Of a stretch of 64,000 bases of DNA, positions 1 to 10,667 are shown piece after piece; position 1 is the first letter of the stretch; every line of letters begins with the position of its first letter. The DNA comes from a virus (lineage: Duplodnaviria; Caudoviricetes), in IMG/VR virus record IMGVR_UViG_3300021124_000001. One strand, given 5' to 3'. The position numbers and the translations under genes were made by a program. The notes beneath the pieces are model-generated. The model was given only the letters and a program-made list of their open reading frames with translations. It was not told the origin of the DNA and ran no database searches.

Positions 1-1
1 C

Positions 2-364
2 ATTATCGCTAATGATGGTTCAGTCCAACATTTAGATATTCTAAGTGAAGATGAGAAGGCAGTATTCAAAACATCAATGGAAATTGACCAGCGTTGGGTA
101 ATTGATTTGGCCGCAGATAGACAAGTATACATTGACCAAGCACAGTCCTTGAACTTGTTCTTCCGTCCAGATGCACACATCAAATATATCCATGCTATTC
201 ATTTCATGGCATGGAAAAAAGGTTTGAAAACTTTATACTATTGCCGTTCAGAAAAGATTGGCAAAGCGGATAAAGTTTCCAAGAAAATTGAACGTCAAGT
301 AATTAAAGAACTAGATATGACACAAATTGCTCAGGGCAATGATTGTATCGCATGTGAAGGATAA
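2..364 (+). CDS. nrdA: Ribonucleotide reductase class Ia alpha subunit, C-terminal part (truncated by window start)
   Basis: Open frame from base 2; IDQAQSLNLF, GLKTLYY and terminal CIACEG motifs. Confidence 0.97.
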   Translation: MIANDGSVQHLDILSEDEKAVFKTSMEIDQRWVIDLAADRQVYIDQAQSLNLFFRPDAHIKYIHAIHFMAWKKGLKTLYYCRSEKIGKADKVSKKIERQVIKELDMTQIAQGNDCIACEG

Positions 365-368
365 ACAA

Positions 369-611
369 ATGAAAAAGATTTTAAGATTTACAGCATCGTG
401 GTGCCAACCTTGTAAAGGTTTGGCTATGAATTTGGAGTCAGCCGAATTGGATATTCCAGTTGAGGTTGTTGACATTGATGTTATGTCTGACGTTGCTATA
501 GAATATGGCATCCGCTCAGTTCCAACTTTAGTTATGGTAGAAGATGGAACAATCCTGAAGCGTTCTTCAGGCGTTCTGTCTGTACAACAACTAAAGGAAT
601 GGGCAGTATGA
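369..611 (+). CDS. Thioredoxin
   Basis: WCQPC active site, GIRSVPT; lies between the RNR subunits. Confidence 0.95.
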   Translation: MKKILRFTASWCQPCKGLAMNLESAELDIPVEVVDIDVMSDVAIEYGIRSVPTLVMVEDGTILKRSSGVLSVQQLKEWAV

Positions 612-1594
612 TTAAGAAAACCAAAAACAATGTAACTTCAGAAAGAAGTTATTTCAAACCTTTTAATTATCCATGGGCTTATGATGCTTGGTTGAAACAT
701 GAGCAATCACATTGGCTTCATACAGAGGTGCCAATGATGGAAGATGTTAAGGATTGGAAAAAGAAACTAACTGATAATGAAAAGAAGTTTTTGACACACA
801 TCTTCCGTTTCTTTACTCAGGGTGACATTGACGTTGCTGGTGGTTATGTTAGCAATTATTTGCCATACTTTCCACAACCTGAAATGAGAATGATGTTGTT
901 GGGATTTGCCGCCAGAGAAGCATTACATGTGGCCGCATACTCACACTTGATCGAAACTTTGGGTTTACCTGAAACAACATACAATGAATTCTTAGAGTAT
1001 TCAGAGATGAAAGAAAAGCATGACTATGTGCTTGATATCTCTAAACAAAACACAACAAAAGAGAATACTGCAACACACATTGCGGTGTTTAGTGCATTCA
1101 CTGAAGGTATGCAGTTGTTCTCATCATTCATTATGTTGTTGAACTTCCCTAGACATGGCAAAATGAAAGGCATGGGCCAAATCGTTACCTGGTCTATTGT
1201 GGATGAAACACAACATGCTGAGAATATGATTAAGTTGTTCAGAACTTTCATTCAGGAAAATCCAGAAATTTGGACAGATGAATTGAAGTCACGCATATAT
1301 ACGATTGCAGAAAAGATGGTAGAACTTGAAGACAAGTTTATCGATCTTGCTTTTGACATGGGTGAAATGGAAGGACTTAATGCCGAGGATGTTAAGAAGT
1401 ACATTCGTTACATTGCAGACCGTAGATTGATCTCGTTAAGTCTCAAAGGCATTTTCAAAGTGAAGAAGAATCCTTTGCCTTGGGTTGAAGAAATGATTAA
1501 TGCTCCAACCCACACAAACTTCTTTGAGAATCGTGCCACAGACTATGCAAAGGGTGCACTGTCTGGTGATTGGTCTGATGTTTGGGCTAATTAA
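608..1594 (+). CDS. nrdB: Ribonucleotide reductase class Ia beta subunit
   Basis: EALH..AYS, DETQH di-iron ligands, NFFENR.TDY; ATGA overlap with thioredoxin. Confidence 0.97.
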   Translation: MIKKTKNNVTSERSYFKPFNYPWAYDAWLKHEQSHWLHTEVPMMEDVKDWKKKLTDNEKKFLTHIFRFFTQGDIDVAGGYVSNYLPYFPQPEMRMMLLGFAAREALHVAAYSHLIETLGLPETTYNEFLEYSEMKEKHDYVLDISKQNTTKENTATHIAVFSAFTEGMQLFSSFIMLLNFPRHGKMKGMGQIVTWSIVDETQHAENMIKLFRTFIQENPEIWTDELKSRIYTIAEKMVELEDKFIDLAFDMGEMEGLNAEDVKKYIRYIADRRLISLSLKGIFKVKKNPLPWVEEMINAPTHTNFFENRATDYAKGALSGDWSDVWAN

Positions 1595-1623
1595 TTTTTT
1601 AAAACTATAATAAGAAGAATAAC

Positions 1624-1812
1624 ATGACAAATAAAGTTATCAGTGGCGAATGCCTAGAGTGTGAATCATCTTACTCAGTAGAGTATACACAAGAATTAGT
1701 TTCACAACCAATGCCAGAGTTTTGCCCATTTTGTGGTGATCCCATCGAAGAATTATCCGAAGAATATATAGAGGATGATGACTTAGATGAAGATGACCTC
1801 AAATGGGAATAA
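1624..1812 (+). CDS. Small zinc-ribbon protein with acidic tail
   Basis: CLEC...CPFCG. Confidence 0.8.
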   Translation: MTNKVISGECLECESSYSVEYTQELVSQPMPEFCPFCGDPIEELSEEYIEDDDLDEDDLKWE

Positions 1813-2234
1813 ACTGGCAATATAATGATATAGAATTCACAGAAGATTTAATTGGTGATAGTTATGGGTTTGTTTACCTCATAACAAATTTGGAGAACAA
1901 CAGGAAATACATCGGTAAGAAGTTATTCTGGTTCTCCAAGACCAAACAAGTCAAAGGTAAAAAGAAAAGAATTAAAGTCCCATCGGACTGGCAAACTTAC
2001 TATGGAAGTAGTGACGAATTGCAAAAAGATGTTATACTATATGGAACGGATAAGTTCCGCAGAGAGATACTACATCTATGCAAATCAAAAGGTGAGTGTA
2101 GTTACCTTGAAGCGAAAGAACAGTTCGCCAACAATGTAATGGAAAGCGATGAGTATTACAATAACTGGATCATGGTTAGAGTAAGAAAGTCACACATCAA
2201 GGACTACAATGCTAGAATCACTAAAACATCTTAA
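1803..2234 (+). CDS. denA: GIY-YIG endonuclease, T4 endonuclease II-like
   Basis: GFVYLITN..YIGKK, YYGSS, YYN; located downstream of nrdB as in T4. Confidence 0.75.
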   Translation: MGINWQYNDIEFTEDLIGDSYGFVYLITNLENNRKYIGKKLFWFSKTKQVKGKKKRIKVPSDWQTYYGSSDELQKDVILYGTDKFRREILHLCKSKGECSYLEAKEQFANNVMESDEYYNNWIMVRVRKSHIKDYNARITKTS

Positions 2235-2553
2235 AGATGAAAAATTAGACACATATACTTTTTTCCCATCAGAAGTAAACGGCCAAATACATTTTAAAGG
2301 AAGCAATTATGCTGTACCTGGAACAAAACTAGATGGCTCTGAAATGGGTGATTGTTACCACATAATTCTGTTCAAAGAATCTGAAGAAGAAAAAGTAATA
2401 CATTTAGATAGATTTGAAGCCATTTTAATTGATCCTTTAGAATACATGTCCAGATTATTGCTAGATGGTTGGTTTGGTGTTATTTGCAAAAAAACAACAA
2501 CCTCTCATGAATACATAGAAGAAACATTTGACATGATTAAAGAAGCGTGTTAA
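2209..2553 (+). CDS. Hypothetical protein
   Basis: ORF with AAGGA SD, in operon. Confidence 0.7.
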   Translation: MLESLKHLKDEKLDTYTFFPSEVNGQIHFKGSNYAVPGTKLDGSEMGDCYHIILFKESEEEKVIHLDRFEAILIDPLEYMSRLLLDGWFGVICKKTTTSHEYIEETFDMIKEAC

Positions 2554-2581
2554 GATATAATTTTACATATTTGGATTCATA

Positions 2582-3430
2582 ATGATTCTTGTTGACCTGA
2601 ACCAAGTCCTTCTTGCTGGACTTATGGCTCAAATTTCTAATCAAAAGACAATTAAGTTAGAAGAAGACTTAATTCGTCACATGGTATTAAACATCCTCCG
2701 TATGCACCTCAAGAACTTCCGTAACGAATACGGTGAAGTTGTGCTTTGCTGTGACAACCGCAAATACTGGCGCAAGGAGTTCTTTCCTTACTACAAGGCA
2801 GGTCGTAAAAAGACTCGTGAAAAGTCCGCACTTGACTGGCATCTCATTTTTGACATGTTGGCCAAGTTCAAGCAGGAACTTAAAGAAAACTTTCCATACA
2901 AAGTGATTGATGTTGAAGGTGCAGAAGCTGATGACATCATTGGAACATTGGTACCTCGTCATGCACCACATGAAAAGATCCTGATTTTGTCCAGTGACGG
3001 AGATTTCTTGCAATTGCAACAATATGGTAGTAATATCAAGCAGTACAATCCAGCATTGAAGAAATACCTGAAGTCGGAAAGTCCATTGATTGACCTCAAA
3101 GAGAAGATTATCCGTGGAGATAAAGGTGACGGCATTCCAAACATGTTTTCACCGGCCGATTGTTTTGTCCGTGACCAACGCCAGAAGCCAATCACTAAAG
3201 CAATCATGGAGAAATACCTGTGGCAGGACGTTGAAGAATATGGTGAAACTGACAAAGCTAATTTTATTCGGAACGCAACTTTGATTGACCTCAAGAAGGT
3301 ACCAGTTGAAATCCGAGAGAAAATCATAAATACCTATGATGAGATCAAACCTGCTACGAAGCAGAAGATGCTGAATTATTTCATTCAGTATAAACTTAAA
3401 AATCTAATGGATGTGATTGAGGAATTTTGA
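2582..3430 (+). CDS. rnh: T4-type RNase H (5'-3' exo/flap nuclease)
   Basis: ILVD, YWRK..P.YK..R, EADDIIG, SSDGDF.QL, GDKGDGIPN. Confidence 0.95.
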   Translation: MILVDLNQVLLAGLMAQISNQKTIKLEEDLIRHMVLNILRMHLKNFRNEYGEVVLCCDNRKYWRKEFFPYYKAGRKKTREKSALDWHLIFDMLAKFKQELKENFPYKVIDVEGAEADDIIGTLVPRHAPHEKILILSSDGDFLQLQQYGSNIKQYNPALKKYLKSESPLIDLKEKIIRGDKGDGIPNMFSPADCFVRDQRQKPITKAIMEKYLWQDVEEYGETDKANFIRNATLIDLKKVPVEIREKIINTYDEIKPATKQKMLNYFIQYKLKNLMDVIEEF

Positions 3431-3852
3431 TGAAAAATATATATGAAGTTTTTGACGAGTTTGAATTAGCCAAAAATAAAAAAGCAAGAATGGAAGTTAT
3501 AGGTAATAACCTATCAAAGGCTCTAACAGAAGTATTACAGTTAACATTTGACCCACAATATGAGTGGTATGTTAAAGAAGTTCCTGAGGGCTATGTAATT
3601 AAAGAAGTACCGGCAGGAATGGGATATGCTAAATTGTCCACTGAACTCCGTAAAATGTATATGTTTCGAAAGGGACACCCCACAGCCGATAAGTTGACAC
3701 CTAAGAAGCGTGAACAACTTTTGGTTGAGTATCTCCAAAACCTGGAACCCCGAGAGGCCGAAGTAGTTATGGGCATCTTCAATAAAGACTTGGGTGTTAA
3801 AGGTTTGGATTATAAGTTCGTTAAAGAAGCATTCCCAAATCTCATACCTTAA
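3427..3852 (+). CDS. Conserved T4-like phage hypothetical protein
   Basis: KRE.L....L..L.P.EAE...KDL...VKEAFP pattern, follows rnh. Confidence 0.75.
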   Translation: MMKNIYEVFDEFELAKNKKARMEVIGNNLSKALTEVLQLTFDPQYEWYVKEVPEGYVIKEVPAGMGYAKLSTELRKMYMFRKGHPTADKLTPKKREQLLVEYLQNLEPREAEVVMGIFNKDLGVKGLDYKFVKEAFPNLIP

Positions 3853-3865
3853 TAGGAGTTAGTAA

Positions 3866-4045
3866 GTGTCAAAATTTGTAGCTAAGTTTCGCCCTGAAAG
3901 AGACTACAGCGATGATTATGAATTCAAACAGAATACATATGAACGTAAAAAGCGAGACAAACAAAGAGAATCGAAAAAACAATCTAAATATTTCGACTCA
4001 TATGAATCTGAATGGTATTCCGAACCTAAACGCCAAAGACGATAG
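3866..4045 (+). CDS. Small charged hypothetical protein (59 aa, MSKFVAKFRP...)
   Basis: AGGAG SD plus GTG start; below the ORF-track length cutoff. Confidence 0.65.
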   Translation: MSKFVAKFRPERDYSDDYEFKQNTYERKKRDKQRESKKQSKYFDSYESEWYSEPKRQRR

Positions 4046-4097
4046 TGTTGTTTTTTTACAACACCTAGGTTGACAAGAAACATAGGCTCTGTATAAT
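4046..4097 (+). promoter_or_regulatory. TGTTG-N8-CAACA box plus sigma70-type early promoter
   Basis: Box 4046-4063, TTGACA 4070-4075, TATAAT 4092-4097. Confidence 0.85.
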
Positions 4098-4119
4098 ACA
4101 AATCTTGTATGGAGTTTTT

Positions 4120-4464
4120 ATGTTTATTCACGGCAGTATTCCAAAGTCCAAAAAACGCAAAGTGCCTAAGGCTAAGCAGGCAGAGTATGATGCATGGTTA
4201 AAATCTATCGAAGATATGAAGCCAAAATCATTGAGTAAATTTACTCAGCGTCCTACAATCAAAAATCCAGTGGTTACTGGCGTTTTTGTTCGGGAAACTC
4301 GTAAAATTGAATCTTTAGACTCAGGACTTGGCACGGCCACAAAGCCAGCACCAAAAGTCTATACAGGAACCGCAATGAAAGGTATTGCAACTATGCATAA
4401 GAGCAATGCAGTACCAGTTTTTACGGATGAGCAAGCAAAAGACATTTCAAGTATGAGGCGATAA
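4120..4464 (+). CDS. Conserved basic phage protein
   Basis: C-terminal YTG...KGIATMHKSNAVPVF...DIS.MRR motif; GGAG SD. Confidence 0.8.
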   Translation: MFIHGSIPKSKKRKVPKAKQAEYDAWLKSIEDMKPKSLSKFTQRPTIKNPVVTGVFVRETRKIESLDSGLGTATKPAPKVYTGTAMKGIATMHKSNAVPVFTDEQAKDISSMRR

Positions 4465-4613
4465 TGAAAAAACTTAATTTTGTTGTAAAATTACAACGTC
4501 CGGTGTGTCGAACACCAATCAAACCTGTTCAAGTGCATAAACCTGTCGTTTTTAATGCACGTAAAGAGAAACATAAACGTACTTTGTCGCATTTTTTGAA
4601 CGGAGATGAATGA
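4464..4613 (+). CDS. Small basic protein (49 aa)
   Basis: TAATG coupling; ...HKPVVFNARKEKHK... Confidence 0.55.
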   Translation: MKKLNFVVKLQRPVCRTPIKPVQVHKPVVFNARKEKHKRTLSHFLNGDE

Positions 4614-4750
4614 TATGACAGATTTTTTAGCCCAAAGTGACCACCGATTGATGGAGCCACTAAAAATTGACCAAGAAGCAGTAAAATCACTAACTGAAGT
4701 TACTAAAATGTGGGCCAATTTGACTCAATTCGAGAAGGACCAAGAAAACT

Positions 4751-4942
4751 ATGAGCGACTCAAGCAACAATACGACTAAAATCACTTGGACTACAAAAAT
4801 CGAAGATGCCAATGACGGCACCGGCGATGGAATTCTTACTTTTCCTCCAGAAGTAGTTGCACTGAACGGTTGGAAAGAAGGAACCATACTCCATTTTAAG
4901 GTTGAAGATGGTGCATTGATTATTTCTGAAAATCCGTTGTAA
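4751..4942 (+). CDS. AbrB/MazE-like small DNA-binding protein
   Basis: LTFPPEVVALNGWKEG..LHF.VEDG.LII swapped-hairpin pattern. Confidence 0.65.
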   Translation: MSDSSNNTTKITWTTKIEDANDGTGDGILTFPPEVVALNGWKEGTILHFKVEDGALIISENPL

Positions 4943-4986
4943 AAAAACAACAAATTAATTGACATTATTAGGAATACTTGTATAAT
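4935..4986 (+). promoter_or_regulatory. Palindromic box plus sigma70-type promoter
   Basis: CGTTG-N8-CAACA 4935-4952, TTGACA 4959-4964, TATAAT 4981-4986. Confidence 0.85.
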
Positions 4987-5011
4987 AGATACATATTCTT
5001 AAGGACATACT

Positions 5012-7174
5012 ATGAGTTTAGTTCAAACCAAATCACTTCTTGCCAAATTAATGGCAACAGAGAATCTCCACATTGAGCAACGCAATGTTTCGACTGCATC
5101 CTTTGATGTGGTTAATCGGATTCTCACTGTACCTATTCTAAACGATACAGTTACTAGCGACCAATACGACCTTTTCATGGGCCATGAAGTCGGACATGCA
5201 CTTTATACTCCACTTGACGGTTTAAAACGTGCTTCAGAACTAAATTACTCTATGTCCGTAATGAACGTGCTTGAGGATTCACGTATTGAGCGTAAAATTA
5301 AGATAAAATATCCAGGAATTCGTCAATGTTTCATCCGTGCTTACAAAGAATTGATGGAAAATGACTTTTTTGGCACTTCCGACAAAGATTTGAACACTTT
5401 GAACTTTATTGATCGTGTTAATTTGTACTGCAAAGCAGGAATTGACACCGGAATTGTTTTTTCCGATGAAGAAAAAGCAATCGTCAATGAAATTGAAAAC
5501 ACAATCACATATGATGATGTCATGGAAGTGTACAAAAAAGTTTCGGATTACATGAAAACACAAAATCAGCCTGAGCCACTAGAATCTTCTCTTGGTTTTG
5601 GTTTTGCCGATGAAGATTTTGATGGTCCGACTGAAAAATCCCCAGGTTCAAATTCTGAAAATTCTCAGTCTGGTGAAAAATCAGAATCAAAATCTTCAGA
5701 AAATCAAGAAGATCATTCCGATTCCGATAAGGCCAACAAAAGTGGTGATAATAAATCAAGTGATTCTGTGAAAGATACGATAGAATCTGGTAAAAGTACT
5801 GGTACTGGAAAGAATGCATCGAACTCAAATAAGCCAATTGAGGAGCCAGTTTCACATACTGACAATGCATGGCGTAAAAATGAAGATCGTTTGTTCTCCA
5901 ATAAACCAGGACGTTACTACTATGGTAACATTCCAAACTTCAATCTAAGTTCTATTGTAATAGATCACAAAAGATTGTGGGTCCGTTACAAAAAAGATGT
6001 TGCAGATCGTCAGAGGCAATTAGGAATACAAAATGACGGTACGAATGTTCCTGCTTTCAACAAGTTCCGTGAAGATTCTAAAAAAATTGTATCATACCTT
6101 GTGAAAGAATTTGAACTACGTAAGAATGCAAATGAAATGAAACGTACATCCGTTGCTAAAACGGGTAATCTGAATATGTCTAAGATTTTTTCTTACAAAT
6201 TCAGTGAAGATATTTTCAAACGCATGACTGTTGTTCCTAATGGAAAATCACATGGCTTGGTTATGTTTATCGATTGGTCTGGTTCTATGCACACCAATAT
6301 TGACAATACAATTCGCCAATTGTTGAACTTAGTTATGTTTTGTAAAAAAGTGAATATTCCATTTGAAGTATATGCATTTACAAGTGCTTATGGTGAAAAC
6401 TTAGGTTTTGCAAAATTCTCTGCAAAACCCGGTGATTTTGTTTTCAATAGTTTCCATTTGATGAATTTGTTGTCAAGTCAAATGAACGCATCTGAATACA
6501 AGTATGCCGCATCAGCATTGTTGGCTTTCTCAAATCGTTACAACAATAGACCATCTTGGTTTGGCCTATCTGGTACTCCATTAAACGAGGCCATTGTGGC
6601 TGCCATGAAAATTGTTCCTGAATTTCAGAAAGAGCGTAAACTACAAATTGTAAATACTGTTTTCTTAACTGATGGTGATGGTTCTAGACCTTATGGAATC
6701 TACACAGAGCATGGTCAACAATCATTGCGTAGTGATGGTATTATTGTAATTCGTGATCCTATTACTAAACATGAAGAAAAGATTGATGACACTTCGTCTA
6801 GAAAAATCACTTCAGCCTTCATCAAACTAATGAAAGAACGGACAAAATCCAATGTTGTTGGTTTTTATATTTTAGATGGCCGAAATTTCAGCCATGAGAT
6901 TCATAACTTTTATCCAGATACTCTAACAGATGCTAATAAAGTTGAACAGTTGAAGAAGGAGTTTAGAAGTGAAAAGTATAAAATTGTGACCACAGATGGT
7001 TATGATGAATATTATTTGCTACGTGCTGAAGGCCTAGATACTGAAGAAGGTGTGGAGTTTGAAGTAAAAGAAAACGCAACTACTCGTGGTTTTGTTTCTG
7101 CATTCTCCAAATTTACTAATAACCGTAAAGCCAATCGAGTGGTGTTGAACCGTTTTATTGGAATGATTGTATAA
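5012..7174 (+). CDS. Zincin-motif plus vWA domain protein (CobT-like MoxR partner)
   Basis: HEVGH and NVLED.RIE; low-complexity S/E/K linker; MIDAS DWSGS, GTPL, LTDG. Confidence 0.88.
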   Translation: MSLVQTKSLLAKLMATENLHIEQRNVSTASFDVVNRILTVPILNDTVTSDQYDLFMGHEVGHALYTPLDGLKRASELNYSMSVMNVLEDSRIERKIKIKYPGIRQCFIRAYKELMENDFFGTSDKDLNTLNFIDRVNLYCKAGIDTGIVFSDEEKAIVNEIENTITYDDVMEVYKKVSDYMKTQNQPEPLESSLGFGFADEDFDGPTEKSPGSNSENSQSGEKSESKSSENQEDHSDSDKANKSGDNKSSDSVKDTIESGKSTGTGKNASNSNKPIEEPVSHTDNAWRKNEDRLFSNKPGRYYYGNIPNFNLSSIVIDHKRLWVRYKKDVADRQRQLGIQNDGTNVPAFNKFREDSKKIVSYLVKEFELRKNANEMKRTSVAKTGNLNMSKIFSYKFSEDIFKRMTVVPNGKSHGLVMFIDWSGSMHTNIDNTIRQLLNLVMFCKKVNIPFEVYAFTSAYGENLGFAKFSAKPGDFVFNSFHLMNLLSSQMNASEYKYAASALLAFSNRYNNRPSWFGLSGTPLNEAIVAAMKIVPEFQKERKLQIVNTVFLTDGDGSRPYGIYTEHGQQSLRSDGIIVIRDPITKHEEKIDDTSSRKITSAFIKLMKERTKSNVVGFYILDGRNFSHEIHNFYPDTLTDANKVEQLKKEFRSEKYKIVTTDGYDEYYLLRAEGLDTEEGVEFEVKENATTRGFVSAFSKFTNNRKANRVVLNRFIGMIV

Positions 7175-7183
7175 GGAGTTTTT

Positions 7184-7396
7184 ATGAGTAATGTGATAAT
7201 GTCATATCAGTTAAATGGTAGACGCACCGAAGTATTACAAGAACACAATGGAATGTACCGTGTTGAGTTTTATGTCAATGGTCGTTTGTCTCATGTAACT
7301 AACGCATTTAACTTTGACGAGGCTCAACGCCTTGCTGAGAATTATGTGGAAGTGGCCGGTCAGAATAAACCTGGTCCTGCCTTCTTGCAAGAATGA
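7184..7396 (+). CDS. Hypothetical protein
   Basis: AAGGAG SD, clean ORF. Confidence 0.7.
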   Translation: MSNVIMSYQLNGRRTEVLQEHNGMYRVEFYVNGRLSHVTNAFNFDEAQRLAENYVEVAGQNKPGPAFLQE

Positions 7397-8208
7397 TGAA
7401 CGTTCTAATCACCGGTGATTCTGGTTATATTGGTAGTCATCTCAAACAGATGATTATCAAAACCGGAAAACAATATAATGTGCAATGCTTGAATTTGAGT
7501 AATGCAGATGTTGAAGTGCCAGCCACATTATTCAAAGCCGGCTTTGGTGATGTTAAGTGGGATACAGTCATTCATTTGGCCGCTTTAGTTAAAGTTGGAG
7601 AATCTGTGGATAATCCATCTAACTATTTTGAGACAAATGTGAATGGTACAATAAATGTACTTCGATATTTGAATTATGAAAATTTTATATTTGCATCGAC
7701 AGGAGCTGCCGCTAACCCTAATAGTCCATATGGGCTATCAAAGTTAATGGCAGAAAATGTCGTGTTTGAATTTGCTAACAAAAAACCTATTGACTTTACA
7801 ATCTTTAGATTCTATAATGTAATTGGTCAAGATGGATTTGAACCAACTAATCCAGACGGGCTATTTTATAACTTGAAAAAGGCGGTACAAACAAAACAGT
7901 TTGATTTATATGGTACAGATTACGATACCAAAGATGGTACCTGTATACGAGAGTATGTGCATGTAAACGATATTTGTTGGGCAATCATTCGAGCAATCGA
8001 GAAACCAGCATATAGTATTGAGAACCTGGCCTACGGTGACACCAGAACAGTCCGTGAGATTATCGACACTTTTAAGATGACAAACTCAGTAGACTTTGAA
8101 GTAATTGAGAAACCGAGAAGACCAGGCGATCTTGAGGCATGTTACTTGCCCAACCCATCAAAGTATATGGTGCGTGATTACACCTATGAACAAATGCTGA
8201 TGATTTGA
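7393..8208 (+). CDS. NAD-dependent epimerase/dehydratase (UDP-glucose 4-epimerase-like)
   Basis: TGDSGYIGSH, HLAA, YGLSK, RFYNV, DGTCIREYVHV. Confidence 0.9.
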   Translation: MMNVLITGDSGYIGSHLKQMIIKTGKQYNVQCLNLSNADVEVPATLFKAGFGDVKWDTVIHLAALVKVGESVDNPSNYFETNVNGTINVLRYLNYENFIFASTGAAANPNSPYGLSKLMAENVVFEFANKKPIDFTIFRFYNVIGQDGFEPTNPDGLFYNLKKAVQTKQFDLYGTDYDTKDGTCIREYVHVNDICWAIIRAIEKPAYSIENLAYGDTRTVREIIDTFKMTNSVDFEVIEKPRRPGDLEACYLPNPSKYMVRDYTYEQMLMI

Positions 8209-8211
8209 TCC

Positions 8212-8367
8212 TCAGAAGTATGCTACTCGATTTTTTCTTTCCCATTGTTGTACCCAATAATCGATCTCAGCAGTGCTTTGAACGTTTTTAGATTTTAGAT
8301 AAAGATCCAATGCACTGGTGTTATCACCGGAAAAGAAATTGAATAGTTTTGAAAGATAAGCAAACAT
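8212..8367 (-). CDS. 51-aa late-expressed protein, loosely DUF3563-like
   Basis: MFAYLSKLFNFF...YLKSK...AEIDYW; AGGGG SD; TATAAATA on the minus strand at 8398-8405. Confidence 0.65.
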   Translation of the reverse strand: MFAYLSKLFNFFSGDNTSALDLYLKSKNVQSTAEIDYWVQQWERKNRVAYF

Positions 8368-8445
8368 TTTATTAACCCCTAGTAGTAACTATATTAGTAT
8401 TTATACTAGGTTATGTTGCAATGCAACAAAAACAGAAAGAAAATT

Positions 8446-8706
8446 ATGATTAAAGCATTAGGTAAAAAAGTTATTGTTGAATTACTTGAAAAAGAGACAG
8501 TCACTCCAGGTGGCATTGTCCTGACACGAGCAGATTCGGATGAAGCCACTCGTGGTGTTGTTCTTGCAGTCGGACCAGATGTGGTTGACATTTCTATGGG
8601 AGATGTTATACTCGCTAACTGGAACAAAGGCCAAAAAATGAAAGTAGAGGACATTGATGCTTACGTTGTTTCGGAAGAAGATATTGTTTTGGTATTTGAA
8701 GATTAA
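8446..8706 (+). CDS. groES: Co-chaperonin GroES-like
   Basis: T.GGIVL, G.VLAVGPDV, G.VIL, E.DI. Confidence 0.92.
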   Translation: MIKALGKKVIVELLEKETVTPGGIVLTRADSDEATRGVVLAVGPDVVDISMGDVILANWNKGQKMKVEDIDAYVVSEEDIVLVFED

Positions 8707-8756
8707 ATCATCCTTCAAATCTGATTGTACCGGTAATTGTATGCAAGGAAGAAATT

Positions 8757-9347
8757 GTGACTGCCGTAAGTAATTTGGATAAGGTCGTTGCCGGTTTAAC
8801 CGGCAGCGGCCAGACAGATTTTGAAATTGAATGTGGAAATCTGAAGAATAGAATCCGGACAAAACTCAATCAAAAGTTGGCTGAACTCCCAAAAGATGTT
8901 CAGGAAACATTGGTGGCAAACTGTATTCTTTCTGGTGGTGCAATTGCTTCCTTATACCATAATGAAGAACCAAAAGATTATGATCTCTGGTCTTTCTTTT
9001 CAACTATTATTCCACTCATTCAAATGAAATTGCAGGGAGTAGAAGATTTTTCGACTATTGATACTGGGAAAAATTATTCTGAAATGGGAGTTGCTTCATT
9101 TACTTCACCAAATGCTGTCACACTTAAAAACTCTATTCAGTTTATCACTTTAGGTGATTACCAAAGCCAACGTGAAAAGTTTGACTTTGTTCACTGTAAG
9201 CCCTATTATAATTTATATGCACAAAAACTTTTTATTTCAGAAGAACAATGGAGCTGTATTAAAAATAAGAAACTTGTTATTAGCCCCGGCCAAAGTCCTA
9301 GTGATATAAGAATTAGCAAGTTTGTCGGTAGAGGATGGAGACATTAA
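8757..9347 (+). CDS. Nucleotidyltransferase (polyA polymerase/CCA-head-like)
   Basis: SGGAIASL, PKDYD, FDF.HC; start codon uncertain. Confidence 0.7.
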   Translation: MTAVSNLDKVVAGLTGSGQTDFEIECGNLKNRIRTKLNQKLAELPKDVQETLVANCILSGGAIASLYHNEEPKDYDLWSFFSTIIPLIQMKLQGVEDFSTIDTGKNYSEMGVASFTSPNAVTLKNSIQFITLGDYQSQREKFDFVHCKPYYNLYAQKLFISEEQWSCIKNKKLVISPGQSPSDIRISKFVGRGWRH

Positions 9348-9348
9348 A

Positions 9349-10667
9349 ATGGCGATTGTTCATAAAAAATTAAATGATACGACAGTGGTGCCTTCGGTAT
9401 CTTCGGCACCTTCGACTCTATCCAGCAATTGGTCTAACCCATTTGGTTTGACATCGACAGGAATACCTATAAAAGAACATGCAATCAGTGGCCAGATGGT
9501 TACTGTTTCGCTTAATTTTACAGACCATGAAATGAATGGTATTAATAGTATTCCAAAAGATATTATCCGAAAACAACTGGTTAATTTACTTGCAGAAGAA
9601 ATATTCAAAAAGGGCCTTGTATTCTACTCACAGCAATATAAAGCCACTGAAGGTGTCAACTGTGTCATGGCCAGAGCATACTTGGTTCCCAGTGAAACAG
9701 TACAATTACTCCGTACCTTGATATAAAATGAACTTCCTATCCGTCAGCCTTAACTCCATGAACCTATTCTCTTTCATGGTGGGTATGTTCTTTTCCGCCA
9801 CCATGTACCGAGCCAGAGCCATGATATGGGTTGCAATCTATGCTTTTGGATTAGCCGCTTACTATTGGTACCAATCCCAAAATATGACATGAGCCATAGC
9901 CACACCAATAAAAACAAACCCATCACCATAAGGGACGTGGAACTATACGTATCAACCTATGTGATGATCCATGGTCCAGTAGATTCTAAAGAGTCCTTGA
10001 TACACCTTCTGAATTGGGTAGAGGATTTCAAAGCGATTCCGAGCACCCGGCGTTCCAAAATTATCCGAATGAAGCGAGCCATCCATGAGAACTCGTAGCC
10101 CTAAACAAATCTTTGTGGTCTCTGGGAACTATAGAGAGTTTATAGATGTCGTTAATAAGAAAAGGAAAGAGTTCTTCGATGCCACGACACTTGCGAATTT
10201 GACTGAAGAATTCCCCAACTACATCTACGTGAGCCATGTAGATACTCTCAAAGGGCGTTCCGAAATAGAGGGCTTCTACTGTGGTACGTATTGGACCCGT
10301 CAAGACCTACATGATATTAAATTTGTTATTGATGTAATAAAAGCGAGAATGAATGCTACCGTCTAAACCAGCACCCCACAACAAAGTCATCGTGACCTGG
10401 AACCATGGCTTCCAGCATACTTTCATATCGGTCGGGAACGCCTTGACGGGGCATCTGAAGGCCTTAGAAGGATTAGAGTATGTCAAAGAGGTTATGCACT
10501 ATGAGATTACCAAAGAGGAATACGAAGATTTTTATAGTATGACTCTGGATACTGTAGAGTCCCCTGAAAAAAAATCCAGGGGTAAAAAAGGTTTACCTGC
10601 GTTTTCCTCCCTAGAGAATTTTTTCGGGGAACAAAAAGTACCGGTGAAAAAATCCCGGAGAAAATAA
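9349..10667 (+). CDS. Run of hypothetical ORFs (9349-9726, 10085-10366, 10353-10667 and smaller)
   Basis: Co-oriented, closely packed ORFs with no recognisable motifs. Confidence 0.5.

Noticed and set aside
608-1594. Group I intron or intein in nrdB, given the many homing endonucleases
   Set aside because: The ORF is continuous and of normal length. All endonucleases here are free-standing.
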